From Phoronis australis (taxonomy: Eukaryota; Animalia; Phoronida), in NCBI GenBank assembly GCA_002633005.1, contig NMRA01001079.1, positions 1 to 59,091 of the forward strand: a stretch of DNA of 59,091 bases, in the 5' to 3' direction. The notes below the pieces were generated by a model. The model was not told where the DNA came from and ran no database searches. It saw nothing but the letters and a program-made list of their open reading frames with translations. Numbering within the stretch: the first letter of the stretch is position 1; each line of letters begins with the position of its first letter. A program made the position numbers and the translations under genes. This document shows, in pieces, positions 36,231 through 50,360 of this stretch.

Positions 36231-38639
36231 GTAGGCCCAAGTCGGACATAGCTGATGTGCTGACTGAGTGACTTGTAATGTCCTGTGTTGCGTGAATTAA
36301 CATTACCGTGCTTTAGTGTACTTGACCGATCGTTTGTATACGCAAATTTGACATATAAAATAACTACTAATAATCCTCATTTCTTTACTGCTTTGGTTCG
36401 TTGATTATAATTATAATTTTCATTTTCTTGGGTCTGCACAGGCTGCAACTTCTTCTTAAGTCTTCAGTTATCCTGTTAAATAGTAACCTTGGAAGGGTTC
36501 CCAGTTCCCACTACGTTGAGGTACCTTGGCGTACACTGTTATTGGAAAACAGTATAGTTTATAAGTGTGTCTTCCTTATTTATCATTTGGTTTATGTTTG
36601 CCCTCATTGTAATTAAAGCCCTGGAAGAATCAGCTATAAGCGCTAAGTGACGTGTATGTTTAGACCCATTCATTTCCGGGGCGCAGCTCTTAACTGATCA
36701 TCCCGTGGATTCATAAAGACATAAAAGTCGTCAAAAGTGCCTGGATACAACCAATGAGTCATCTACGGGTGTAGCAACAGAAGCGGGCTGGGAATCCATA
36801 TGCACGGATTCCTGGTGACAAACACGGCTACTTGCAGAGCATGGAACCCTTTTGTAAGCTGTACGAGAACAGACTGGAGAGGCCACCAGTTATTCAAAGA
36901 TTTGCAGCATGCATTTTTCTCAAGACTCTTTCCAGAATGATATCGGGGCTAAATTCTTTCCTGAGAGTAAATCAAAGTAATTTTTTCCTACTGCGTATTG
37001 GTTGCCAAAAAAATAATGTCATTTCTATCTGACCCCAAAGCCTCTTTAACCCGAAGCTCTAGATGCGAATCTCCAATAGCTGGTATAAAGCCGAGTACAT
37101 CCACTCAGTCGTGTGTTATTTCTTCCGTCCACCTTGCGCAGGTAAGCATTTTGAACACACAAACTATCATTATTGCAGATGTATTTGCATGCTCCTAACT
37201 ATGCTAATGTATTTTAGCAATGACTAAGCAACAATGCTATTCGAGTATCATCTACTCTAAAGTCACTTGTGGTTGGAATGTAGTGAATTGTTATGTCAAG
37301 GTACCCTGATTAAGTGTCTGGCATTTCGATGTTGTTGTAATCTTGGGATGAGAAAACCGTGCCCATTTCTTACATTACGTAACAATTTACTGTCAGTATC
37401 TGATGAACAGAATAATGACACTGCAGTTGACTTTTTAATCAAATGTGCTATAGTGCTAAAACTAAATAACTACTAACAGTCTTGAAATTTGAAATTGGAA
37501 CAGAACCTGTCACAATTCCTAAAAGATAGATGTTGTGGTAAGAAATTAAATTAGTTTTACAATATTGTTAAAAATGTTCATTGTTGGAAATTAGCGCAGT
37601 AGTAACCTGTAATTACTCTTGGTGTGTTACTTTATCTAAAGAGTATTTTTTATTTTCTATTTTGTAGCATGGTGTCTCTTGTCATTTATTATGATGCTCA
37701 CATCACTTATGTTGATTGCAGACAATAGAATTTTAGTGTGTTTGCATTGACATGATGGTCTGAGTTGATCTTAACATCCTTATAGTACTTTATGCCGTGA
37801 AGATATGATCTGAAAGCAGGTAGTATCACGCTGTAATCAGATGGCGGTTGCCCAGCATGAGTTGACCTACAGGGGGACACTGCAACTTACATTTACTCAC
37901 ATTGTGTTGCCATTGCTCTTTGTGAAAGGTTTGAATTATCTCATGCTTCAATTTCCTCCAGGGTAACTTGCTGTCTGGATATGGCTCATCAGAATTCCTA
38001 AGAATATTTTTAGTGTATTTAGTACTAAAGATTTAGTTAAGTTATGTAAGTCATTAACTCTCCAGGATTTTGTAAAAAGAACCTTAAATTGACCTAATGG
38101 TAAACAATTGTTGGTGATTGCTCCGCCTACAAAATAATTGCACAAATTGACTTGACATTTGGTTTAATGTTGTATAATGTGTCTCACGCTACGAGCTTCC
38201 CTGAATCTGTGATTAGTTTTTTGTTGACTTTACAAATTCCTGGACACAAATTTTACCTTTTATTAGAAGTACTACTACTTAAGATTAGTTAAGATTAAAT
38301 AAGATACTTAAGATAGCTAAAGTTGTAATAGTTGAGATTACTTCAGTTTAAATAGGAATACGTAAGATAGCTTAAGTATTAACACCTAAGATGAGTTACT
38401 TTTTCATACGATACTTAAGATAGCTTAAGTAGTAATAGTTTTAACTTAAAAGTCTTGTTAAGGTTAAATAAGAACACTTAATAAAGGAGTCGTAGTGCGC
38501 AGCGCCACTGCCGGTCGCCTGGGATATCGCGGGAGAGCCTATACTTAGCCATAGTTCCGTTACGAATGCGCCGTGTTCAGAATTTGACACTTGAAATTGG
38601 ATTTGAGCCCCCCCCCCGTTCCNAAATCCGCCTATGTAA

Positions 38640-38944
38640 CAGCATACCTTTCATTCTTCACTACCGCGAGCCACTTCCTAAGTATTTCGGGCTCTTGAGG
38701 TAGTCGAAAAAACGATATACCTGCTTTCTTCGCAGCTTCATATTTCGGACAAGCAGGAACGATGCATCGCAATATTGCGGCATTCACTCTGCAGACGAAC
38801 CACAGACGTCGCGGCGCCGTTTTTCACCTTCCTTACAGGTTAACGCGACACCTCTCGGCAAGGTGAGGTCGACCGTATATGAGGCGATGTGGATATAGAC
38901 GAATTAAGACGGTAAAAAAGACTAAAATCTTGTGGCATTCTCCT
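38640..38944 (+). mobile_element. Family X Kolobok-like end fragment
   Basis: Homologous to 245-503; ends GTGGCATTCTCCT|TTAA. Confidence 0.8.
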
Positions 38945-38949
38945 TTAAC

Positions 38950-39220
38950 AGTATTTGACCCTTCTCTGTGAGCGTATAATTACCGGCTGTCATCGGTTAT
39001 TTCCGTACCCACATTTCCGGCTCGTCAGTTCAGGAACTTGTCCTGAACGCCGCCATTTTTTTTTCTTGTGACTAAATGTGCTATCGCGTGCTCGAAAAGT
39101 CTCCAATATTTTGTTTTATTAGTAATATCTCGTGATTCGTTTGCATATGTAGTGTATTTATAATTTGTAGTTAGTGGTCATTGAATTTTTTTGGAATGTT
39201 ACGCGTACTTATTATGTTAA
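38950..39220 (+). repeat. Second copy of the THAP-upstream region 35740-36000
   Basis: GTATTTGACCCTT..TCATCGGTTATTTCCGTACCCACATTTCCGGCTC..CAGGAACTTGTCCTGAACGCCGCCATTTTT is shared. Confidence 0.85.
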
Positions 39221-42039
39221 AATAGCATTGGTGTTTAGTTCCTTACGTAGGGCGGTTGAACCTAGGAACCAATGAGTCGAAGCAATTTTTTTTGGTTTTG
39301 ATTCCAAGCAGTGTAAAGTTATTGCAATTTTTGTGGCGAATAGTGGGTCAATTTGTTTGGATCACGTCGGCCATATTGGAGGACAGCGGTATAAGTTACG
39401 AGTTTAAAACTTTGTGTAAATTGTTTTCGCCAACAATTTACGGTGAAATTTAGTGAAACATATCTTCATTTACTACAGTTTTCACCAAATTTTAGCCTCG
39501 CACTTATTACTTCTTAAGTGATAAATGTGCTCACAATACCCTTGGACTTAGTCTCATTTCTGGCGGTACCGACAACATGGCGACTTTTGCTGAACTGGAA
39601 GGCATGTTCAACCTGTTACTTTGTAATTTGGGAAGATACATTTTGACAAACGTTGCTACAAAAAGGAACTTTGTTCAATTTTCGTGTTTTTGGTGCAAAA
39701 ATATAAGATATAATCGAATTATTTTACTGTGAATTTCCCATTCAGGTGATCTTACACTAAGCCAAAAAAATAGTTGAAATAATTTTGAAATGTTTTTTGT
39801 TTGACTGTCAACTGGTGTTCAAGGCTTGATTAGGTTCACAAAATGATACACATTTTTCTAAATTTTAAGTCTCAATTGCTTTCAAGTCATGTTTTGTAAC
39901 TTATTGCTTCTTAATTCAGGTTATCAAGTCAACAATATGAAGAATCTTAATTTGAGAAATAAGCTATGTTGGATTGTGAAGCTTCAAGCCTCCAATTCTT
40001 GTTCCTTGCAACTTCATATTTTTTTAAATCATGCTTGTCGAAGTATGGTGTAAGGAAACACTATTCGGTCACCACGGTTACCGTAATAGTTACATTTATG
40101 TCCACTTTCATATCATGGAAACTTTTGCTGTAGGATAGTGTTTGTAATGCGAAATGTTGAAAAGTATTGTGCATTTTAAGTTACTTATTATGGTAAAAGG
40201 TTGAATCATTTTGGCTTAATGAATAAAAAATGATAACATTTTGTATTGGACTTGTCATACCTATGTGCTCGAACGAGCCCCCTATTTGCAGAAGTGGAAA
40301 AAGGTCTGCCTCAGTCAGAGAAGCACGAACTCCGAAAAAAGTAGAAAACGAGACAATATTCCACTACAAGACAGGAAGTACCAAAATTTAGCGTTGCTTT
40401 GCAATTCATAGCTCTGAACATACCCAGTGAATCTTATAGGAAAAGGTAGACATTCCCAAAAATTCCATCCCTCCCCCCATTTTTTAGGCTTGGTGCGCTC
40501 ATACAGTCTGGGAAAATCTCTGTTGAAAGCCAACTTTGCGCAGTTCGCCAGAAGACCCTCAAGTTCTAAATAAACCTCGTTTGAGCGAGAGCTGTGGCCA
40601 GGGACCTGGTAGGCCTAAGGGTAGCCTTGGCGCAAAGCTGTATAGGCCCATTAACGAGCTGTATTTTGACGATAGTCTTCATACTGGTTGCTGGCACTGA
40701 GGCTAGCTAAGGGCTGCTGCGGCAGTGTGACACAGGACTAACAAGCCCGTAATTTTATGCAAGTGTCTGAAACTACCTTTGAATATATTCGGCATTTATG
40801 ATTTGAACATTTTACTTAGACAAAACAGCTTTCAAAATGTCTTTACCGTTCACCAGTGTCTGGTTTCGATCCGCACCGGGTCCGATAGGTTGTGGTCCCG
40901 AGTCCGGCAAAATAATTTCTGTCAAAATTTATTCGCCACATTTCTTCAGCAAATTCGATAAAATTGTCCGTATTTTGATTTTATTAAAATGAAGGCACGC
41001 TGTCGATTATTTTATCCCCGTTTGCAGACTGGCAACAGGCACTGCTCCAGTCGCACTGACGGCGTTTTCTTAGCCTGGGTCTCTGAATGAATTGTACTTC
41101 CGGGTTCGCAGTAAGTTCAAAATGGCGGTGTGTTCTTCGGGTGCGAATCGTGAGTGGCGCGTTTATTTAAGCTTTGTTCGATTACGGATTGTGTATTAGT
41201 TATGGGGTAGGTATTGGATCCTCATAACATCCTCTAACCATGTAATAAGGGTAAACAACGTGTGCTTCTTGGACTTTAAGTAACCATGATTTAGGGGGGT
41301 GACCCATTCGCAACCCCTCAGCATTTTTTCAAATGTGCAAATTAAGGTCGCCATTATGCAAAATTTTATTTTTGCATATGATTTCCTTACCAAGCACTGC
41401 AGCCAGATAATTTTGACGTTTCACTCATGTTTCTATGGTCAAAAAATTTAATAGTGCAAGTTTTTTGGTGAATACATTGTCAATTTGAATAATTTATGTA
41501 TATTAAGGCCGCCATTATTCAAAATTCTTCTTGTGCTTATAACTACTGTACCAGCCACCACAGATNNNNNNNNNNNNNNNNNNNNNNNNNNNNNNNNNNN
41601 NNNNNNNNNNNNNNNNNNNNNNNNNNNNNNNNNNNNNNNNNNNNNNNNNNNNNNNNNNNNNNNNNNNNNNNNNNNNNNNNNNNNNNNNNNNNNNNNNNNN
41701 NNNNNNNNNNNNNNNNNNNNNNNNNNNNNNNNNNTTGCCCCCCCCCCCCCTCCCCCTTATGGTATACTAGCTCCGCCACTGAAAGGCAACCATTATTAAA
41801 AATTCTATTTCTGCTCGTAACTTTGTTACGGGGGGCATTACATGTAGATTAATTTGGTATTTTTACTGATGAATTCTAGGTAATCTGTCATTACATCATA
41901 AATGATCTGTAATTTAATACACAACATAACAAATTCTAGTTTTGTCTGAATCCCACTGTATAGGTAGTAGATGACCAAATTCTTTAATGGCATAAACCCA
42001 GGACATAACCTATCTAATGGAGACCAGTCACAAGACGTT

Positions 42040-42640
42040 TCAGATGCTAATTCAACACTCGGAATGTGAGCACACTACAGTAGAAAGTACCCAAAATATT
42101 GTGCGGTTGATAGAAAATTGACACTGCAATTGTATCTACTTGAATTTCATGGAATCTGACCTTTACAGACACACCTAATCATCATCAGTATGCAAAAGGA
42201 GGGAGTTGGACACCATGTATAATTATAGATGATGAGAGTGATTTGTTTATGGCATCTTTCTTCCATCCATAGTCCTCTGGATCTAGTGCTGGTGACATTC
42301 TACCACATAACTGACTGGTAATGGGCCCTGTTTACACTTATATTATCTTTGAATGTCTTTGTTGTCGGGGACAGTTTGAAGGCGGACATGTATTTCCTGC
42401 CATTTCTCTTCCCCATACCATTAGTCTGGTTCCTGACATCTTCTTGATTCTCTTCATTCCATAACAGGCATACATACATTTAGTGGCCTGTTTCATGACA
42501 TTAGAAGCTTGTGCATTAAAAGTGCCGATGGCAGACGGGTCATGTCCAGCCTTCAATATTTTAACGATGGATCCCTTTCCAACTCCATAGTAGCAAGCCA
42601 CTGCGTTACAACCCTACAGCGCATGGGCAGGGAGGAGACC
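42040..42640 (-). pseudogene. Academ XPG/FEN1-like nuclease region
   Basis: GLLPAHAL*GCNAVACYYGVGKG (H3TH-like HALxGCD motif), then NRAHYQSVMW and LDPEDYGW. Confidence 0.8.
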
Positions 42641-42642
42641 TT

Positions 42643-42877
42643 GGGCCTGTTCCAAAAAACTGACTTATGTTCATTTTTGGCTTAAGTTTAAGATTTGTCG
42701 TAACTTCCAAACTTTGAAACTTACACATTCGGTAAGTTAGTCAAAATTAAGACAACATTTATGTCAAACTTAAGATCTCTTTCTTGAATTGGTTTTGAGA
42801 CAAATTTAACTTTTATTTTAAAATTTACTAAGCTTTAAGATTTGTCTTAGCTAAGTCAGTTTTGTTGGAACGGGCCC
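42643..42877. mobile_element. PIF/Harbinger-like MITE inserted in the Academ ORF; partial copy at 55385-55470
   Basis: TIRs GGGCCTGTTCCAAAAAACTGACTTA / TAAGTCAGTTTTGTTGGAACGGGCCC; 3-bp TSD CTT. Confidence 0.8.
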
Positions 42878-43665
42878 CTTCACAATATCGCTACATGTTT
42901 CCAGTGTTAACTTTACATGTATGTCTACAACTGTTCTACGCTTACTTGGTGGTTTCATCGCTGTGGTATTTGAAGCTGTTCCTTGCCTTAGTAATGCAGA
43001 TTAAGGACAAATACCTTTTTGTCATCCGAAACAACCTAAACTTTATTAAGTTCATATGCACATTTCACGTCCAGTTGCACAATAATGGAGCTAGCTTCTT
43101 CATGGGATCTCTCCAAAGTCCTTGTAATATATTAATGGACAAGGATCTTCATCAGTGATTACCTACTTGCGTTCCTAACATACTGCTAGCCTTTCTCGAA
43201 GTCTGATAACATTGCGTGTCCAATGCTTGTTTCATGTAAGCCTACATTTACTGTTGGAGTAGCAATCTTGCCACTGTTAATGTTCACTACTGTGTCTTTG
43301 AGATGGACCTTGGGATCCAATATATCGATGCTGGTATCTACTTATGACAGATTCGTGCAATGTCCTGGACATGTGCATCAAGACGTGCCTTACTTTCTTC
43401 CCTGTGATAGGTTTTAGTACAAGATCTAATGCTACTGCTCTCCATCTCTCCAAGATTTGTTTCAATCTTGTAGGACAAATGGCAACTTGTGGCAAGACAT
43501 ATACGGTATATTTCTTTGAACACTGTTAAATGTACATGTAACTGACTTAATTTTCTAGTGGGCTCAACATTATTTCCATCATCAGCTTGGTCTTTTTCTT
43601 TTTCAAGAGCACTTTCAATTCTAGTTACATCCGTTAAGTGTTTGTAACACTGCTTGTGATAGAAG

Positions 43666-43863
43666 CATGCACGCACCAAGCCTAAAATGGGGGGCGAGTT
43701 TTTGAGAATGTGGACATTTATTAAGATTCACGGGTTACGTCAGAGCTATGAATTGTGCGTTCGTCGAATTTTGGTAGTGCCTACCTTTTTAGTGAAGTTT
43801 TGTCTCATTTTCTACTTTTTCGGAGTTTTTGTTTCTCTGAGGCCATCCCTGGGTGCACGCATG
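43666..43863. mobile_element. MITE (family U); related copies at about 40300-40500 and 54780-55014
   Basis: TIRs CATGCACGCACCAAG / CTGGGTGCACGCATG; flanks AGAAG and ACAAG. Confidence 0.7.
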
Positions 43864-45421
43864 ACAAGAGCTTTGTTTTTTTACAAACACTTAAAAACTT
43901 ATCAGCAATGATACTTCTCTTGCACTCAATGTTGATACGTTTGTTTACAGTAGCCTTACATCAGGTAATATCTGAAAATTCCAGCTCAGAAATTTGAGCA
44001 GAAGCTGACACATGAATGCAACAAGGGACAGACATCTTGCCAGTCTATTGTGAAGTCACACACTCGTTCAATAATTCATGGTTTCAGCAGAGTCCTAGCT
44101 GTCCCAAAACTGTCGTTTGCATAACACAAAATGATTCAGGAATGTGCCAAGAATTGTTTCGGTACCATGACACTCGTGGCCACTTCATTTGGCTTTCCTC
44201 TTTCCTCAATTCTTTACTGCTACTTGCTGGTTTTTGAGCCTTGGCCCTTGGTAATTGCCTATTACTTGCACACCCATCCAAGAATTAATACTATCCAATG
44301 TAGTCAGTAGCAGTAAACAAGCTAGCTGAGCCAGCAGGATAACATCAGCTGACTGTCCTCTGATGAAGGTTTTCATGCCAAGCAGACGACTTTCGAAGGG
44401 GAAAGGTATGGACACAATATTTTCCTGGCATTTGATTGGCTGTTCGGATCATTTTGCACTGACACTTGGTGGCTAACATATTAGTTGAGGTTATATTTTT
44501 CCAACTTTTAAATTAAAATTCTTACTAAACGTGCAAGTGTATTTTTGGGAGCTTTTTGAAATTGACTTTTGAACATCTGTAGATGGGTTTAATGCAAAGT
44601 TCCCTTTGCCCCCAGAAAGTGGCCACGGAGGTGAAAGATAGGAGAGCTGGGACTATGGCCTACAAGTAAAATTGTGAATATGACAGCTGTAATTTGTGTA
44701 AATTATCAATTATGCAAATTCATGAAAACATGAAATCAATTTGAAAATAACCTGCATGTAACGTCGGTAAGGAAATTATGAGCAGAAAGAGTATTTGGCA
44801 TACTGGGTCCTTTATTTGTATAAATTATGAAAATTCATCATGCAACAACTTGCCAACTGATTTCACAGAAACATTGGGTAAAATTGTTAAAATAGTTTAC
44901 TTGGGGTGTCTTGTACTTCAGCTATAAGAAAAAAGTATAGAGTTTTGAATAATGGCGGCCTTAATTTGCATATATTATGCAAATTCACGATATGTCCAAT
45001 AGCAAACGAGGTCCATTAAATTCATTAACCGTGGAAGCACAAGTGAAAACATTAAAGTAACCTGTCTGAAGTGCTTGGTAAGGGCGTTTTAAGCAAAATA
45101 GTTTATTTGGGGTGTCTGGTACTTCACTATAAGAAAAAGAATTTTGAATAATGGTGGCATTAATTTGCATTAATGGGGCTATTCGGAGAATTCTCCTCGC
45201 GGTGTCGCTGCTGTAATAGTGGTGATTGAATTGCGCATGCGTCGCTGTCTGCATGTAAACAGCTGGTAAAAAGACGGATCATTATCAAAATACGTCGTCG
45301 CGCAAAGAATTATTATTGCTATTTTCCCTGGTACAAGTCTTCGACAGGTGGTCAAAAATTACCAAAAGACCTAAGGTTACTACATTCGTGGAGGATTGCA
45401 GTCAAAAGGGTCAACCAACTG

Positions 45422-45920
45422 CAGTGGCGGATCTAGGATATCGCAAGGGGGGGGCCCAACTTTTTGTCCCGCTATAAGCATTTGCGCAAAGTGAACCACA
45501 ATTGTAGATGCGCATAGCACCGAATGGGGGGAGGTCGGGAGGGGGGTTTGCCCCCCTCCCGCCCAGGAAATTTTTCTGTTTTTACCTCTAAAAATCAAGC
45601 AATTTCCTTGATTCCTGAAATATTATCCAAAAAAGAAGGCAAAAAAAACGGAGAATGTGTCAAAGATTCGAACTCACGACCTAGCAGTTGGAGCGCACGT
45701 GCATTACCACTACACCACCACGCCTTAACTACTACTAGTATACTAAGAGACCTACTTGCTTATGGTCCACAGCGTTTGCGCGCGAAACCTACTTCTTTTT
45801 GTAATGCTTATTACACGTTTTATATTTTGTGCCGTCAATTCTTAACAAATTTGTCGTATTTAAAATAGTCTTCAAATGCCCAAAAGACCAAATCCGTTTT
45901 TCGTGTTGGCAATAATGACG
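45422..45920 (+). mobile_element. Family W copy, truncated by a gap
   Basis: High identity to 17088-17600. Confidence 0.85.
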
Positions 45921-48900
45921 NNNNNNNNNNNNNNNNNNNNNNNNNNNNNNNNNNNNNNNNNNNNNNNNNNNNNNNNNNNNNNNNNNNNNNNNNNNNNNNN
46001 NNNNNNNNNNNNNNNNNNNNNNNNNNNNNNNNNNNNNNNNNNNNNNNNNNNNNNNNNNNNNNNNNNNNNNNNNNNNNNNNNNNNNNNNNNNNNNNNNNNN
46101 NNNNNNNNNNNNNNNNNNNNNNNNNNNNNNNNNNNNNNNNNNNNNNNNNNNNNNNNNNNNNNNNNNNNNNNNNNNNNNNNNNNNNNNNNNNNNNNNNNNN
46201 NNNNNNNNNNNNNNNNNNNNNNNNNNNNNNNNNNNNNNNNNNNNNNNNNNNNNNNNNNNNNNNNNNNNNNNNNNNNNNNNNNNNNNNNNNNNNNNNNNNN
46301 NNNNNNNNNNNNNNNNNNNNNNNNNNNNNNNNNNNNNNNNNNNNNNNNNNNNNNNNNNNNNNNNNNNNNNNNNNNNNNNNNNNNNNNNNNNNNNNNNNNN
46401 NNNNNNNNNNNNNNNNNNNNNNNNNNNNNNNNNNNNTAGGTGTCGTGAAAAATACACATTATTAAATCACTTTTATCCTGTTTCACATAGTTTAATTCAG
46501 ATCTTAAATAAGACTTGGGTACAAAGATTATTAGTTTCTACGTATAAACATGAAGATGAAACGTCAAGTATGTTCTGCCTAACTAAAGTAGTTTTGTCTT
46601 GGGTTTTCTTTTATAATTTGCTAATATTTCTCTGCCTATTCTGTTACAGGTGAGAGAAAACGACCGTCTATTTTACCTTTGGACAAAGTGAAAAGCAATC
46701 CTTTAGCAATAACCTGAGAGAATTGAGCCTAATTCAGAAATTCAGCCCTTGATATGCCTGATTATGAAATCCATTGCGTGGGAAAATTACAATTGTTTTT
46801 AACAATGTTGTTTCTTTATATACTTTTCTTGCACGTGGAACTTTTGTTGTGGACAAGTTAACAAAAAACTTAAAATTGTTTAAAGGCTTTCTTAAGAAAG
46901 CTCTAAAAATAATTACTCACACAAACAAATTAAATGCAAACAAAGGGAATACTTCATTTTGGTCGCTGCACATTTCTAGAGGTCAACAGGAAAACGACAA
47001 TTCGCAAGCGTAATCAGCTAATCATTTCAGCTTTATAAAGAATAGACACAACTGCACTGTACATGTATGGGGCTTTAAAACTGAGGAAATATTGTGGTTT
47101 AAATAATTAGTGACAAACTTGCCTGTTGATGAAAAATTCATTCGATCATCAAAGTGTAACATTACGGGCTTTCTACTGACAATAAGACAATCGATGCAGT
47201 CATTGAACGTCATTTCCCCATAATGTGTACCAAAGTGAAAAGTTTTTACCACTAGTACTTGTATAAAGCCTTTCTTCTGAAAGGAAAAGTTAATGTCACT
47301 CAGTGAAAAGGACAGATATATATATACCAGATGCTTTTGGTTTTCATTTCACAGAGATCTAGTTTCAATAGCTTATAGAAGCGCTTGTAAAAAGGTCCAG
47401 TTTCGACACGTGGCTTTCCTTTAGGTAACCTCATTCAGCTTCAATTAGATCCTTGAAGGTAAACACATCAGCATATCACTTGACTCGTTTTGTGTCCAAA
47501 ATCTTACCCTGAACTAGACTAGAGTGTCAAAACGTCTTCTTTAGCTTCAATCCAGCATGTTTCTTCCAGGAAAAGAAATGAGCTATTGTCCACACATGAC
47601 TTATTGCCTATGAAAGGGTATCCTCTCCAACGAGGCTGACTTGTGTAGCAGTACATAAAGGTACTTTTCATACACAAACAACACGTTGTCTTATGATAAC
47701 TTCGTAGTGCAATTCATTTCACCAGGGCCACTGACATGTGCATTGTGCCATGCAGCACTAATGGTGTGTGGAAATGCTGTGGGAAGAGAAAGGAGTAACA
47801 AAGCTTGATCGTTGTCTCCAATGAAGAAAGTAGGTTTTAACAACAGATCTACACAGGATGGGAAGATCTTGCTGGTTAGCTGCAGTCAACTGCTTAAAAC
47901 CAATTTTTGTCCATTCAGGGTCGATGCAGAAGCGATGCATATCTCCTCTGCACGGTACAAGCCCTCAAACCTAAAAACCAAAGGTCACGTGAAAACAGAT
48001 GTGATAGATTTTCATTTCAACGTGTAATAAATGTCCGGAAGACATAGGATAGAGAGCAAACAAATAGTTTAATGGATATTTACGTTCCCTTTGCCATGGC
48101 ATTGGGCTTGGATTGCTCACTAACCAATATCGAGTTAAACATTCAGCATTCATTGATGTAACTGTCACTGATAAACCTGTTAGAAAACATTCCAAACAAT
48201 GATACTGCTTTGATGTAGGAAAAGATCCCGAGTGCTATGTCAAGTACCGTAACACGCATCACAACAAACAAAGATTAACCCGACTGGCGACTGCCGCGAG
48301 TCGGCGAGTATCTCAGTTAACAGGCATCAGTAGAATAAACATGGAATAATCGTTAAAATAATCACAAACCTTACCTTTCTATTAGGTCGTGCTTACTTTC
48401 TCTCAAAGAAGCACCCTTTTCACGCAATCTCAGATTCAGTTGGCACGCCTACAAGCCATTTCACCATCTATTTGAAGGGCTCGCGAATCACCACTAGTAC
48501 ACGCGCGCCCTCAAGTTAATCTAAATTTTCCGAATAGCCCCATTATGCAAATATATCATAGATCAACATGCAAACAGATTTCATTAAACTAACTGACCGT
48601 AAAAACATAAGCGCAAACATTATGATAATTCACCTGTGATGATTGTTACCATGGCTATTAGAACAAGTAAAAGTTTGAATAATAGCGGCCTTAATTTGCA
48701 TAAATTATGCAAATTGACAATGAATCCACCAAAGACTTTATCTATTAAATTCGTTGACCATGGAAACATTGGTGAAAGCAACAAAATAACCTGCCTGTAG
48801 TGCTTGGTAAGGAAATTATAAGCAAAAATAGAATTTTGTATAATGACGGACTTAATTTGCACAAATTGTGCAAATGGACAATGTGTTCACCACAAAACTT

Positions 48901-49871
48901 ACACTATTAAATTCGTTGACCATGAAAACATAGGTAAAAACGTCAAAATTATCTGGCTGCAGTGCTTGGTAAGGAAATCATGAGCAAAAATAGAGTTTTG
49001 AAAAATGGCGACCTTAGTTTGCATAATTTGAAAAATGTTCGAGGGTTGCGAAAGGCCACCACCGTAAATCATGATTAACTTATGCCTAGGCTACATGAAA
49101 CAGCAAAGAAAAAAACTTTATCCGGCAAATTCAGGTTAAGTAAAAAAACAGCATTTGGCTCACGGACTAATAACTACGATTATGTGCACGAGCAAATATC
49201 GGAGCATCTGACGTGTGTGTGTGTTTGTCTTGTAAGACTGATGCCTTAGCTTTTTACTTTATTTTGCAATTTTATCTACAGAAGCTAGAGCATATTCTTG
49301 CAAAAGATAACATAATCGCGTTATAACGCGTTATTGGTCATACGTTACACTGACAACATGTCGTTTTCTAACACTTCGTACAGATATGGTATTACCACTT
49401 CACGTAAAACAGTCTTATCAATCGGAGGCACAATTTGGGAAGGCCAAGACAAGGAAAACGCCCATCGTTGTCAGGAAAGTATTGATAGCTATTGCTACCA
49501 ATGGAACACTCTTCCATTTCTCTGTGGGCGAGGTTTATGACAAGGTGTAAGTTTCGGGTTGAAATCACTAGTTACACAAGTCCATTCTCAAATTCTGTTG
49601 TCTGGTTGATTCTCCTAACTGGGCACGTCCTTGCGCACGTACATGCACTGATGAATCTAGAATGTCGCGAAAGTGAGACAAAGATTACCGACGGAAAAAT
49701 AAACGTTTTCAGTACCCCAGGCAACGACGTACCTGAACCAACATAGACGTGTGTATGGAGGGGATGGACCTCTGGTCTACCATAACCATCCTATCAGCTT
49801 TCTTATACCCTTGGCTACAAACTTTTGTGAAGAATATCAAACTTAACTCATCGTGCAACAACACACATGCG

Positions 49872-49950
49872 AATATATCCATAAATGTCTTGAACCAATA
49901 TATCCATAAATGTCTTGAACCAATGTATCAATAAATATCTTGAACCAATA
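49872..49950. repeat. Minisatellite, about 3 x 24 bp
   Basis: ATATATCCATAAATGTCTTGAACCA units. Confidence 0.85.
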
Positions 49951-50360
49951 TGCAGTGCTTAATCGATGATGCGCATACTAGAGAAAACCTGTTCTCAGTT
50001 CATCATCTTTCAAGAGGGCTGTTTAATCGTGACTATGCAAGTGAACGCTGGAAATACAGGCGCTTTGGAAGTGTTCATAACACAGGCGACAGCAGGAATG
50101 CATTCTCTTGTTTTTACAAATCACACGGAACCTCAAGAAATCGTCGGTGTGTTTGGATTTCTGCCTGTGTCCCTAAAGAGGTAAGCCCTCTAAAACAATC
50201 TTCGTGAGCTATGAATTTATTTTGTCTGCACCTAACGCCAAAAAATCTCAATGAGCAGGATTGGAGTCTGTAGAACGTTTCGCCACTGGTAACGTTGACT
50301 GAGGTCATGAATTTGAGAAATTCTGTTTGGCCTGGTTCATGGTGTATAAATGTGATTTAT

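Larger units (their letters stand above)
35615..41275 (+). mobile_element. Putative Kolobok-like element (family Y) with a THAP exon and nested insertions; it is uncertain that both ends belong to one copy
   Basis: TTAA|AGTCC at 35611-35619 and GGACT|TTAA at 41271-41279; inward-facing TTCCGG/CGCCATTTT motifs near both ends. Confidence 0.45.
41280..49169 (-). mobile_element. Academ-like DNA transposon remnant(s) with long repetitive TIRs
   Basis: 41280-41565 is inverted-homologous to about 48780-49080; right terminus CACGGACTA (49169); more TIR subrepeats at 44690-45175; XPG-like coding remnant inside. Confidence 0.7.

Noticed and set aside
45789-46486. ORFs of about 200 aa
   Set aside because: They consist almost entirely of N-gap.
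50295-50360. N-terminus of the 290-aa ORF
   Set aside because: RT similarity starts at about 50361; the upstream codons are probably flanking DNA read through by chance.
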